Shown here piece after piece: positions 39,101 through 48,336 of a stretch of 64,000 nucleotides of DNA (position 1 is its first letter; each line of letters begins with the position of its first letter). This stretch comes from a virus (taxonomy: Duplodnaviria; Caudoviricetes). The DNA lies in the IMG/VR virus record IMGVR_UViG_3300035682_000031, positions 1,223 through 65,222 of that record; one strand, given 5' to 3'. The position numbers and the translations under genes were made by a program. Below the pieces are notes generated by a model. That model was given only the letters and a program-made list of their open reading frames with translations, was not told where the DNA came from and ran no database searches.

Positions 39101-42100
39101 CGCAAAACCACGTCGTTGCAAAAAGCGTTGCGGAATCTGAGTGCGGAACTCCAACGACGTGTTGGTAAAGGCGATGCACGCGCGCGCGTTCTTAATGAAA
39201 TCGCCGACAATTCTGAATCCGTAAAGGTCGAAGTAACCGATCAGATGCCTGATGGTGTTGCCGGACAATATGATGCCGCTACTAACACGGTTAAGATCCA
39301 TCCGCGTAACGCACATCCAGAACACACGTTAATCCACGAGTCCGTTCATGCGGCCACTGTGTATGCAATCCGTTTTGAAAATGATTTATCCAAAGAAGCA
39401 AAACAAGGACTTAGTGATCTACGTGACCTGTACAATAATCCAGACGTGCAAGCCGTTTTGGTCAACGAAGTAGCAGCCACTTCTCTGGAGGAGTTTGTAG
39501 CTGAAGCGATTGCGAACCCGCGCATCCATGATTTGTTGAACAGTGTTCGAACAGTGCCTAACGTACTGGCGCGCAACGAACCAAGTAAATTCCGCGTGTT
39601 TATCAACGCAGTTATGAAGTTGTTCGATTTGAAGCCAGGTGAATACAGCGCGGCAGCCGACGTGTTTGTTAATACGCGTAAGCTGTTTAAAGACTCTATG
39701 TTCTTGCGCGACGTTGTTGGTCGAACAATCGACGAGACATTCAATTTGGGTAAGCCGCTTATCAAAGAAACTCAATACTTGCAAGGGCACCGCCCCGGCA
39801 GCAAAGACGCAATTGGACACGCGTTTAGACTGGAAGATGGTACATGGGATGCCGAGTGGATTGACTTGGACGGCAATACACAGCAGCAGTTTTTCGATAC
39901 TGAGGAACAAGTTCGTCAAGCCTTCGGTATGGACGGCGTGCGTGCGGACGTTCGAGGGAAAGCACCTACAACTGGGCACCCAGTGCAACAGGTAGACGCG
40001 TACACAACCGTACACCCAATACTAAAACCATTGGTTCGAGCACTACGTCCATTTTTGAAAAACGAGACGATTCTCGACTATTTGCAATGGACACAGTCGT
40101 TTTTTAATCAGTTCGCCAACGGGCAGGAGTATTTAGCGCAGCTCGATCGTGAGATGGGTATTGCCAGACAGGACAACAGTTTGGAGGCGCAAGTACAAAA
40201 CGAAGTGAATCGGTCTAAAGCCGCTTTAATTCATGGCGGATCCATGGAACTGTCGTACGCGGACCAAATCAACACAATGATCAAACGCGCTAATGCGCAG
40301 AACGTTACTGCCAAGGAACTGGAGAATTACGCGCACGCTATGGCAGCACAAGAGCGCAACAACGCCTTGCGCACGGGTGACACATTTGATGCGGTCACGA
40401 TGATGGATCGCACGACGTTCTCAGGCTTCTCATGGACAGACCCCAAGACAGGTAAAGAAGTGCCTGATGACGATGGATCCCTCTACCTACGTACGCTGTC
40501 CGAAGACCAAAAAGCCAAGTTAGAAAATATCATGCAGCCAGTGCGCACCGTGATGCGCAATCTCGCTGATGAAGAGTTGGTGCAAGGCATTATTAACCAG
40601 AAAAAACACGCGGCATACATCTCACGCAAGTTCTACTTACCTTTGAAAAACGAGGGTGTTCATTCAGCGTTAAGTCAAGAGCGCGCCACCGGCCGTGATA
40701 CTAAAGCGGACAACCCTCTGGCGATGGCGCAGAAAGATATGGTTGCTCGATACCAACGTATTGCCAAAGTTAAGGGCTGGAAAAAGGTTGTCACAGTGTT
40801 GCGTGATTCACCATCTAAGACGCACTTTAAACTGGATCCTCAAAAAGTCGAATACGATGACGATGGTGAGGCGATCTGGCGAAATTTGGATGCTCGTAAT
40901 GAATACAGTTTCACTGTGCCATATCCGGATGGTAAATCGATTCGTGTTACAGCCACGTCTGATCTGGCACGCAAGGCAGTTACGCGAATCGATATGAATG
41001 AGTTTTCTCATGCAATGGGAAAGATCAACCGTTTGTTCTCGGCCGCACGCACGGTGTGGAGCCCAGCATTCGTCGCGGTTCAACCGGTGTGGGACGGTTT
41101 GACTACAATCATGAACGCCCAAGGCGCAGTAGGTCTAGGTACTGACGGTAAGTACGTTATTCCTGATCACGAGGCTAAAACGTTCACCATGCAGGTTATG
41201 AAAAACAGTATCCTTGGTTTGCCAGAACTCGGTAAGAAATTCACCTCTGGTTTCGGTCGTGGCGAGCTGACGCCCATGCTGAGAGCCTTCTATGCCTACG
41301 GTGGCAGTGTGAATGCCGTTGCTCGCCAGGGGTTCGAGTCGTTTGAGAAGTCACTGTCTCAGGATATAACTGCCGGTCAAGGTGCAGTGGACGTCTTGCT
41401 CGGTAATGTGTCTCGTGGTCTTGGGCACGCGGTTGATGCGTTGCATGTGACTGAGGATATGTATCGATACGGTATCTTTAAAACGTTACTCGAACGTGCC
41501 AATAACTATAAACCGTTTACTTCGGCAACCTCTCTGGAGTCATTTATTCGGTCTAATCCTGACGTTGTCGCGCAAGCCGCGCGAGCGGCCAAGGACATTA
41601 CGGGTAACTTCGAGCTCAAAGGAAACAACCCGTACGTCCGTACGATGTATGCGTTCTTCCAAGCGTCCATGACCGGCATGACACGGACGTTACCTATGAT
41701 CTTCTCGTCACCACATGGTCGTCAAATGGCGTTTGGTTTATTCATGATGGCCATGCTTACTGCGGCTGCGCAATCTGGCGGCGAGGATGACAGTGAAGGT
41801 AAAGAAAACTCGCTGAACAACAGTAAATTTTTCCATACAAAAGGTTTTGGTAATCAATTGATCTTTGGTAGCATTGGTTTGCCTATCCCTCCGGAGTTTC
41901 GTCCATTGGTCTTGGCGGGTATGAGCGCCGTCGGCGTGGCAAAAGGTTATATCACACCAAGTGATGCAGCAGTCAATGTTGCGTCGACAACATTCAAAAG
42001 CCTAACCCCAATCACAGGCAGCGAGTCAGATAATTTCGGCGCTAAATTAGCATACGCTATCGCTCCAGCCGCATTGCAGTGGCTCCCACCGATTGTAACC

Positions 42101-42748
42101 GGCGAAGATTATTTCGGCAAATCCACTGCGGCATCGTACGTAAAAGGTCCCGACGGCAGGCCTGTGAATAATCCGCTAGATTTTGAGAGCGGACGGAACC
42201 AAGATTCTGATACGAGTAAGAAGTTGGCCGAACTGTTGTATCGTTATACGGGCACGGATATTTTACCCTCGACATTGGACGGCGCATTCGCGTACGTAGT
42301 GGGTTCGAACTTGCAGAATTACAAGAACATGAACACTGCGCGGGATGAAGGTGCTAATATCGCGGAAGCGTTTGGGAAAACAATATTCAAACGATACGGT
42401 ACGGAATATGATTCTTTTGCCATCAAAGACGCCGCCGACGAAGTTGAACGTGACGCTCTAGCGCGTGGCAGGATCGCTGAACGTAATGACGACATGGATA
42501 TGCTGAACGGCGATCCTCTGGCGCAAGCGGCTATGAAGATTTCCAAACAACGTGCTGCAGATGCTAAACAGGTCAAGATCGATGGTATGACGCGTAAAGA
42601 TTTGTATGAGAAACGCGATGAAGCGCTGGAAACGGGCTACGAAGATTCAGCAACATACTTGGAAGCTGAGATCGAGGCTTTACAGGAGCAATTGATTGAC
42701 GCCGATGCAAACGCACTTGACCAATACGATTTACTGAAGGGGAATTGA
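36182..42748 (+). CDS. large polyvalent / internal virion protein with zincin domain
   Basis: 2188 aa; GQYDA...LIHESVHA...EEFVAE metallopeptidase motif; LPD38-like C-terminal region. Confidence 0.75.
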   Translation: MADVYQYNPLMGTLPDGSQYSVDDPLAVAAAQQRLLQQAQERQRAEQEAALQAQEQMFAEAQAAQAVQAAQSQAAQQPAAGSTPSTASSAPEFDWTGLKGQQGYADLDYTSKLEFIDETAKSVAAERKYTPQQTQEFKKLLLAHEKEAGLKAPETGVVRGSLAAVGEAGGRFVEGIGDTYDALQGLAGIDNGRSDLSRVGKGLGDAAFDASSPAMKDAVKRAQFLANAGRAGDLVDFVVSNPSVAAYYGVTSLAPLLVGGAELKGLQLGAKALGGAKLVEEGSAVAGLMNKIRGVGTAITESGTAGKWAGGAVKLASRTVASPINNVMGFNQFGSDLNQLSDQGVPITDDVRSEVAKKAALTAAIGGVFTHGGGTAESLVQRLLQGGLSREAAPLVADGLLDQAVKQGFIKRVAGRLGTGFVRVGGKEGFEEFLQESMGNYIDQTIQPDGTIDPDKVDYKKVVGFGTLGAVAGIGPGAIAANIEARADGKARNALLRADEEAKTAEAEDIATQTAQAAQAEQEAVQAQRDARLAINPIYHESPEEVLGRGAVVAAQKKVKDFIDPQFTEGSFDDRVRATINSYAAVEPSGGTLEAGEKKALKALQDYQTSLPAQAMEKVQTTVTTPGQIAALKRTVQEYNDLNTQIADLQTQAESDPMVTEQIAPLQERLAQIEDSFGATTPADMERIAARAEARLGTADERAAVNSLTQNPDQGMLNLESDLSALDAINAEQNPSFNTGYTPADSILNTTPAQERRDIRAALVTQRQARISDFMDQYAPENTTFRQQLDAVRTKLSVGDIGNSERTFGRLLTAMEAQAADGRTPNAAMLINMLDSARQTVASNDVTVALRIERQNALNQAYIAANGVLPVEAFSVGLNSPAARDVFATELTTQFDGQNAAEVRAQQTAAIKAATFATRQKANPLNADLTNQQRNADVNHLKTLQQALDASPLAVVAKDSIMLTEDHPMMTQLRKTTSLQKALRNLSAELQRRVGKGDARARVLNEIADNSESVKVEVTDQMPDGVAGQYDAATNTVKIHPRNAHPEHTLIHESVHAATVYAIRFENDLSKEAKQGLSDLRDLYNNPDVQAVLVNEVAATSLEEFVAEAIANPRIHDLLNSVRTVPNVLARNEPSKFRVFINAVMKLFDLKPGEYSAAADVFVNTRKLFKDSMFLRDVVGRTIDETFNLGKPLIKETQYLQGHRPGSKDAIGHAFRLEDGTWDAEWIDLDGNTQQQFFDTEEQVRQAFGMDGVRADVRGKAPTTGHPVQQVDAYTTVHPILKPLVRALRPFLKNETILDYLQWTQSFFNQFANGQEYLAQLDREMGIARQDNSLEAQVQNEVNRSKAALIHGGSMELSYADQINTMIKRANAQNVTAKELENYAHAMAAQERNNALRTGDTFDAVTMMDRTTFSGFSWTDPKTGKEVPDDDGSLYLRTLSEDQKAKLENIMQPVRTVMRNLADEELVQGIINQKKHAAYISRKFYLPLKNEGVHSALSQERATGRDTKADNPLAMAQKDMVARYQRIAKVKGWKKVVTVLRDSPSKTHFKLDPQKVEYDDDGEAIWRNLDARNEYSFTVPYPDGKSIRVTATSDLARKAVTRIDMNEFSHAMGKINRLFSAARTVWSPAFVAVQPVWDGLTTIMNAQGAVGLGTDGKYVIPDHEAKTFTMQVMKNSILGLPELGKKFTSGFGRGELTPMLRAFYAYGGSVNAVARQGFESFEKSLSQDITAGQGAVDVLLGNVSRGLGHAVDALHVTEDMYRYGIFKTLLERANNYKPFTSATSLESFIRSNPDVVAQAARAAKDITGNFELKGNNPYVRTMYAFFQASMTGMTRTLPMIFSSPHGRQMAFGLFMMAMLTAAAQSGGEDDSEGKENSLNNSKFFHTKGFGNQLIFGSIGLPIPPEFRPLVLAGMSAVGVAKGYITPSDAAVNVASTTFKSLTPITGSESDNFGAKLAYAIAPAALQWLPPIVTGEDYFGKSTAASYVKGPDGRPVNNPLDFESGRNQDSDTSKKLAELLYRYTGTDILPSTLDGAFAYVVGSNLQNYKNMNTARDEGANIAEAFGKTIFKRYGTEYDSFAIKDAADEVERDALARGRIAERNDDMDMLNGDPLAQAAMKISKQRAADAKQVKIDGMTRKDLYEKRDEALETGYEDSATYLEAEIEALQEQLIDADANALDQYDLLKGN

Positions 42749-42749
42749 T

Positions 42750-42947
42750 ATGATTGACAATGAAAACCAATCTGTTAAAATAGGTGCAATAAAACGTTTG
42801 TTATGCTTTACGCACTTGGGCATCATCACTGATATTATTGCACCAGTTGGTGTTCGAGAGTGTTACTGTTGTACTGTGTGGCGAACGTTAGCCGTGGCGG
42901 GAATCCCCCTGTTCTGTCTCGGCTTTGTACTTGGACGTTTCTTATAG
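42750..42947 (+). CDS. small membrane protein
   Basis: CYCCTVWR followed by a hydrophobic helix. Confidence 0.6.
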   Translation: MIDNENQSVKIGAIKRLLCFTHLGIITDIIAPVGVRECYCCTVWRTLAVAGIPLFCLGFVLGRFL

Positions 42948-42995
42948 GGGGCATTGCTGACTATAAAACATCCCTTCAACTCAAGGAGAATTAAA

Positions 42996-43084
42996 ATGGC
43001 AGTGAAAAAACCTATTGTCAGCTACACCGACAAGCACGACGAAATGCTTCCAACTGATACGCTTGACCCAACTTCGTTGCCCAT
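42996..43084 (+). pseudogene. N-terminal remnant of a fibre-like gene
   Basis: AAGGAG SD, MAVKKPIVSYTDKHDEMLPTD; similar to MATKLPIVASTDTHEVLAPAD at 47190. Confidence 0.55.
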
Positions 43085-43207
43085 CACGATGAGCGTCTGG
43101 AAGATTACAAACGCGATGGCCAAGAGTTGTTGGCGACGCTGGATGTTGACTCGCCGGTCAATATTGAAATTTACACGCGTGAGTTATTGAGCCTTTTTGC
43201 AAAATAG
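43085..43207 (+). pseudogene. 3' remnant of a DUF2827-like gene
   Basis: Alternative frame reads HDERLEDYKRDGQELLATLD...IYTRELLSLFAK*, aligning by eye with the C-terminus of 45961-47109 (HDQNWQDY...GYERLLFELM). Confidence 0.55.
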
Positions 43208-43225
43208 TCTGAAAATGGAGCGGTT

Positions 43226-44590
43226 ATGACGGTTAAAGTCATCAGTTTGTTGGATCGTTATGATGAAGTGGTGCTGCGCAATCACCAGTACTACGCGCGC
43301 TTGTACGGCTATACGCATCAGTCTATCGAAACCCGCATGTATCCGCATGCGCACTTAAAAGTGACCTACAAATACAATTATTTGTTGCAGCAACTCAAGT
43401 CGATGGATGAAGGTGATATTGTCATGATGATTGATCATCATTCGTTAGTATTCTGCCCGATTGATGTGAATGTGCTCATGAGCGGGCGCGACAGCGTGGT
43501 AGTTAATGGCCCGACCGATGTCGATGCAGCCGATATTCCGATGACGAATTTTTTGTTGGTGCGCAACACTGCAGCGATTCGTGCAACATTGCACGAAATT
43601 TTGGCTGCTTTGCATGGTGTGTTGGGTTCTCAAGATCACCCAGACGAAGAAGTTCTACTGCAAAAATTCTCGTTGCTGGGCATCAATACTGGCATCGGCG
43701 ACACTTACATCAATGTTGATTGGCGCATCAACGATTGGTTCAAATCCAAGATTTTTGTGGTGTTTCTAGGCGCGAGTAATTCGTGGACTGATGATGGTCG
43801 AACCATGCACCAAAAAGTTCGCCACATGACCCATGATGCGAATTTGGAGCGCTTATTGATGCGTCAAATCAATGATCATTTCATTGAAGGCAAGCCGATG
43901 ATGCAAGCACCGAATTACCCAGCGATTTCGGACGATACGGTCAGTCACTTCAATCCCGAAGCCAAAATCGCCTTGGTCACCTTGTACACACACCACATCA
44001 CAACTTATGCCCGTGTTTCCGAGCACAACGTCAAACGCTACTGTGACCGCCACGGTTATGCCTATCATGTCTATCGAGCGATTCCCGAAGAGCTTGACCC
44101 GAACATCAACGGCACATGGGTCAAAAGCTGGCTGCTTAAAAACAATATCGCCAATCACGACTGGATCATCTGGGTCGACGCAGACGTCTTATTCCGCAAC
44201 CATATCCAAAAGCTCGAGCCACTGCTCGAAGGACGTGATTTATTGTTCGCCAAAGACCTCTGCGCATGGCCGATCAACGCCGGTATTATGGGATTTAGAA
44301 ACACGCCTGCGAATGTTGAGCTGATCGACAAGATTTGGCAGCGCATGCTGGAAGTCAACGACAAGTCGACTGTTTACAGTGATCAAGGTGATCAGTTCCA
44401 CACGATCAATGTGCTGGGTGAGGAGGGTATTTTGAATGAAAAGAATATTGTCAATTGCTTGAGTATCAATACCGCTCCGCCGATGTCCACACCTGCTACA
44501 TTCTTGACGCATTATGTTGGTTGGGGCGAGCCGTATCGCTCGGTGTATATGGCGCACGATGATATGCTGTCACAGCGTCAGCACGGTTAA
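43226..44590 (+). CDS. two-domain GT-A glycosyltransferase (GT34 / GMA12-MNN10-like), copy 1
   Basis: YC.RHGY, W.K, WIIWVDAD, NAG and DQ motifs in the C-terminal domain; degenerate homologous N-terminal domain. Confidence 0.8.
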   Translation: MTVKVISLLDRYDEVVLRNHQYYARLYGYTHQSIETRMYPHAHLKVTYKYNYLLQQLKSMDEGDIVMMIDHHSLVFCPIDVNVLMSGRDSVVVNGPTDVDAADIPMTNFLLVRNTAAIRATLHEILAALHGVLGSQDHPDEEVLLQKFSLLGINTGIGDTYINVDWRINDWFKSKIFVVFLGASNSWTDDGRTMHQKVRHMTHDANLERLLMRQINDHFIEGKPMMQAPNYPAISDDTVSHFNPEAKIALVTLYTHHITTYARVSEHNVKRYCDRHGYAYHVYRAIPEELDPNINGTWVKSWLLKNNIANHDWIIWVDADVLFRNHIQKLEPLLEGRDLLFAKDLCAWPINAGIMGFRNTPANVELIDKIWQRMLEVNDKSTVYSDQGDQFHTINVLGEEGILNEKNIVNCLSINTAPPMSTPATFLTHYVGWGEPYRSVYMAHDDMLSQRQHG

Positions 44591-45783
44591 GGAGCGAACA
44601 TGACAAAAGTTTTAACGGTACTGGAATATCAAGACGACGAGATTTTGCGCAATCATGAGCATTATGCGCAACGTTATGGCTACGCGCATCAATGGGTCGA
44701 GACCGATTTTATGGCGCACGAAAAATTGCGCACGGCGTTCAAATACAATTATCTGTTGCAGCAACTCAAAACCTGTAAGGAAGGCGAGTTGGTCATGTTG
44801 ATCAATGGGCATACGGCTATTTTTAAACCGTTGTCGATTGTCGAGGCGATGGAAGGATTGGATCGGTTCGTATGCTACGGCCCTGGTTCCAACGACGCGC
44901 CCGATGCACCGTATTTGCCGCTCAATAATTTATTGATTGTGCGCAATACCCAAGCCAACCGTGATTTTTTGCACGACATGTTGTTCGCTTTGCACGGCGG
45001 TTTGGCCGTTCGACCGGAACATTTGAACGAATACCAATGGTTAGAACAGTTCTCGATTTTGCCGACCAACGCGACATTGCTCAATACCTACATGAATGTC
45101 AATTGGCAGATTCCAAATTGGTTTAACGCGAATATTTTTGCAGTGAATTTGGGCATGGGCACCAAGTACGATAACGCGAGCAATCCTAAGCAAGATTTAT
45201 CACACGACAGCAATCTTGAAAAAGTCTTGTTGCGTCAAATCAATGATCATTTCATTGCAGGTAAGCCGATGATGCAAGCACCGAATTACCCAGCGATTTC
45301 GGACGATACGGTCAGTCACTTCAATCCCGAAGCCAAAATCGCCTTGGTCACCTTGTACACGCACCACATCACAACTTATGCCCGTGTTTCCGAGCACAAC
45401 GTCAAACGCTACTGTGACCGCCACGGTTATGCCTATCATGTCTATCGAGCGATTCCCGAAGAGCTTGACCCGAACATCAACGGCACATGGGTCAAAAGCT
45501 GGCTGCTTAAAAACAATATCGCCAATCACGACTGGATCATCTGGGTCGACGCAGACGTCTTATTCCGCAACCATATCCAAAAGCTCGAGCCACTGCTCGA
45601 AGGACGTGATTTATTGTTCGCCAAAGACCTCTGCGCATGGCCGATCAACGCCGGTATTATGGGATTTAGAAACACGCCTGCGAATGTTGAGCTGATCGAC
45701 AAGATTTGGCAGCGCATGCTGGAAGTCAACGACAAGTCGACTGTTTACAGTGATCAAGGTGATCAGTTCCACACGATCAATGT
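43860..45783 (+). repeat. near-identical ~550-bp direct repeat (43860-44412 and 45231-45783)
   Basis: Offset 1371 nt; three differences seen by eye. Confidence 0.9.
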
Positions 45784-45958
45784 CTTGACTGAAAATAATA
45801 TTCTGAGTGAAGCCACGGTGCTCAATTGCCTGTCGATTAACACCGCACCACCGATGTCGAATACCGACAGTTTGTTGACCCATTATGTTGGTTGGGGCGA
45901 GCCGTATCGCTCGATTTACATGGCGCATGACGACGCTATTTCACAACGCCGCGCATAG
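44600..45958 (+). CDS. two-domain GT-A glycosyltransferase (GT34-like), copy 2
   Basis: Paralog of 43226-44590. Confidence 0.8.
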   Translation: MTKVLTVLEYQDDEILRNHEHYAQRYGYAHQWVETDFMAHEKLRTAFKYNYLLQQLKTCKEGELVMLINGHTAIFKPLSIVEAMEGLDRFVCYGPGSNDAPDAPYLPLNNLLIVRNTQANRDFLHDMLFALHGGLAVRPEHLNEYQWLEQFSILPTNATLLNTYMNVNWQIPNWFNANIFAVNLGMGTKYDNASNPKQDLSHDSNLEKVLLRQINDHFIAGKPMMQAPNYPAISDDTVSHFNPEAKIALVTLYTHHITTYARVSEHNVKRYCDRHGYAYHVYRAIPEELDPNINGTWVKSWLLKNNIANHDWIIWVDADVLFRNHIQKLEPLLEGRDLLFAKDLCAWPINAGIMGFRNTPANVELIDKIWQRMLEVNDKSTVYSDQGDQFHTINVLTENNILSEATVLNCLSINTAPPMSNTDSLLTHYVGWGEPYRSIYMAHDDAISQRRA

Positions 45959-45960
45959 GA

Positions 45961-47109
45961 TTGAATATGACATTACCTCGTAACTTACAAATTGGCATCA
46001 CCATCGGTTTGCATCACGAGAACGAAAGTTTGTGGAGCAACGGCATCAAACAAAATGCCGTATATTTGGCTGAGGCTTTGAAGCATTGCCCAAGTGTGCA
46101 ATCGGTTTGCTTGGTTAACACCACGGCGGTGCCGATCACGTCGGCACTGCCGTGGGATTTAGAGCGTTGTCCGACGAAAACCTTTGAGGATGCCAAAGAT
46201 CACGTCGATGTATTGATTGAGCTGGGCGGTCAGATTGATGCGATGCAAACTGATTACCTCAAGCGTCGCGGTGCGCGTGTAGTGTCCTATTGCTGTGGCT
46301 TTGAATACGTGCATGCGATGCAATCGATTTTGTTTGATCGTCAAATGTGGGGCAGTAATCTATTTATCAATCAACGCTACGACGCGATCTGGATGATTCC
46401 GCAGGTTGAAAATATCAGCAAAGATTATTTCACGACCTTCCGTCGGCGCCCGGCGCAAGTCGCGCCGTTTGTTTGGGATCCGATGTTCGTGCGTCAACGC
46501 AGCAGCGACCAACCGCATCATGGCGAATATCGTCCGCGTGCCGCCGATCAGGCCAAACGCATCAGCATCATGGAACCGAATCACGATGTCGTGAAATTTT
46601 GCCTGTATCCGATCTTAATCGTCGAAGAAACGTTTCGTGAAATGCCCGATGCCATTGAATTTTTGCATGTCACCAACTCGGAGCGTTTGGCCAATAACAG
46701 TAAAGAGTTTGTTTCGTTGATGTTGCAACTCGATATCGTACAGAATAACAAGGCTGCATTTGTCGGTCGTTTCGATACGCCGTTGTTCCTTGCCGAAATG
46801 ACCGATATTGTGGTTTCGCATCAATGGGAAAATGCATTGAATTATTTTTATTTCGATGTGGCATGGCAAGGTTATCCGTTGGTGCACAACGCGCATTTAT
46901 GTCCGGATTTGGGTTACTACTACAACGCCAATGATGTTACGGATGGCAAAAATCAGTTGATCAATGTCTTAAAAAGTCATGATCAAAATTGGCAAGATTA
47001 TTTAGAGCGTCAACGCGCTGTGATCGCCCGTTATCTGCCCGGTCACGCCGATGTGACGGCGGGTTATGAGCGCTTGCTGTTCGAGTTGATGCAACAGGAG
47101 CCGATCTGA
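45961..47109 (+). CDS. DUF2827-like protein (putative glycosyltransferase)
   Basis: IGITI...SLWSNGIKQN, EPN..VVK, VVSHQWEN.LNY.Y and YPLVHN motifs recalled from DUF2827 proteins. Confidence 0.75.
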   Translation: MNMTLPRNLQIGITIGLHHENESLWSNGIKQNAVYLAEALKHCPSVQSVCLVNTTAVPITSALPWDLERCPTKTFEDAKDHVDVLIELGGQIDAMQTDYLKRRGARVVSYCCGFEYVHAMQSILFDRQMWGSNLFINQRYDAIWMIPQVENISKDYFTTFRRRPAQVAPFVWDPMFVRQRSSDQPHHGEYRPRAADQAKRISIMEPNHDVVKFCLYPILIVEETFREMPDAIEFLHVTNSERLANNSKEFVSLMLQLDIVQNNKAAFVGRFDTPLFLAEMTDIVVSHQWENALNYFYFDVAWQGYPLVHNAHLCPDLGYYYNANDVTDGKNQLINVLKSHDQNWQDYLERQRAVIARYLPGHADVTAGYERLLFELMQQEPI

Positions 47110-47148
47110 TGAACGCCGCGCCCTCGTTTCATGTCACCGCCATTTGCT

Positions 47149-47338
47149 TGGCTCGTTATTTCTGCGCATGTCGTAACCGCAACTGTCTAATGGCCACCAA
47201 ACTACCCATTGTTGCAAGTACGGACACGCATGAAGTGCTGGCTCCAGCGGATAAGGTAGCTGGCAGTGCGGTTCAGCTTTCGTCTGATCTGGGGCAACCG
47301 CTCTACTACGGGTTTCTCTCACGGTGCGAGGGACTTGA
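47149..47338 (+). pseudogene. remnants of fibre-like genes
   Basis: WLVISAHVVTATV* (47149-47190), then MATKLPIV...SSDL from 47190, then out-of-frame GATALLRVSLTVRGT* (47291-47338). Confidence 0.45.
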
Positions 47339-47365
47339 TTTTTTAATTGTTCTAAGGAGAATATT

Positions 47366-47608
47366 ATGGCAGGTGGCGGACGTGGCTTATTGGCTACACA
47401 AAACATCTCAACGGCAAGCACATGGTTAGGTATCGGTGCTACGATCATCGGCTCGCTTCCACAAGATTTGCTGAGTAATTGGTTGTCTGGTAGTAGCGGT
47501 AATACGTTGATGGTATTCGGCGCGATCATTACCGTTGTGCGGTTGATTGACTTCCCAACATTGCTCTACAAGTTAGGCTTGAAGAAAGTCTACGGGGACG
47601 AGATCTAA
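47366..47608 (+). CDS. holin-like membrane protein
   Basis: 80 aa, two hydrophobic helices, basic C-terminus, TAAGGAG SD. Confidence 0.55.
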   Translation: MAGGGRGLLATQNISTASTWLGIGATIIGSLPQDLLSNWLSGSSGNTLMVFGAIITVVRLIDFPTLLYKLGLKKVYGDEI

Positions 47609-47976
47609 TGAACGTGGACCCACTATTGCTTTCGATAATCCTAGCGGCACCGTTGTTGCTCAGTATATTGTTACGCAAAGACTTTCTGTTTATGTGGGTC
47701 CAATTCACCATGAACACTCTATTTGAGTTGTTCGCAAAGGATCTTAGCGAGACTAACTATTTCACAATGGCTACTCTCGCTAATGTCGTTATTGCCTTGG
47801 TAGCACTACGGACCAGCCACATGTATGCTTTGGCGTACGCTGTTTACGCAACATTTACATATCTGCGCATGGATGAATATATTGGTTACAGCGGCGGGTA
47901 CTTTGCTATTTTATCCAACATATTACTATGTCTTATTTTGATAACGCGTTTCATACGAAATAACAATAAAGGGTGA
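47608..47976 (+). CDS. multi-pass membrane protein
   Basis: 122 aa, largely hydrophobic, in the lysis region. Confidence 0.65.
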   Translation: MNVDPLLLSIILAAPLLLSILLRKDFLFMWVQFTMNTLFELFAKDLSETNYFTMATLANVVIALVALRTSHMYALAYAVYATFTYLRMDEYIGYSGGYFAILSNILLCLILITRFIRNNNKG

Positions 47977-47979
47977 CGT

Positions 47980-48336
47980 ATGAGTTTTCTGTTGAACCGA
48001 GATAAACGCCAGTATGTAGCTGCCGGGGTTTTTATGTTCCTCGTGATTTGTCTGTTGATGTTTCTGACGTATATCGACATTCCTTCACAAAACAAAGATC
48101 TCATCGTGTCGATTGTGTCAATGCTCGTAGGTCGTTCTAGTAGTGCCATGGATAAATTATTTGGTGACACGGACACTGAGCGAGACAAACTGATCGCTCG
48201 TGTCGATTCATTAGAACGCGCTATAACGATAAAGACGGCAGAATTCGATGTAATCAAAGGTGAGAATGACAAACTCATGCGCATGTTAGCTGGGCGTATT
48301 GCCGTTGTTGCTGACGTATTGGAGGATCAAGAATGA
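47980..48336 (+). CDS. membrane protein with coiled coil (holin/antiholin candidate)
   Basis: Two N-terminal hydrophobic segments (IP..NKDL) then a coiled coil; abuts the endolysin. Confidence 0.6.
   Translation: MSFLLNRDKRQYVAAGVFMFLVICLLMFLTYIDIPSQNKDLIVSIVSMLVGRSSSAMDKLFGDTDTERDKLIARVDSLERAITIKTAEFDVIKGENDKLMRMLAGRIAVVADVLEDQE

Noticed and set aside
43860-45783. Repeat pair as a diversity-generating retroelement TR/VR
   Set aside because: No reverse transcriptase in the window, the repeat is too long, both copies are coding, and the differences are few and not all at adenines.
47109-47429. 106-aa ORF as a real gene
   Set aside because: It appears to be a chimera of junction fragments and runs into the holin-like gene.
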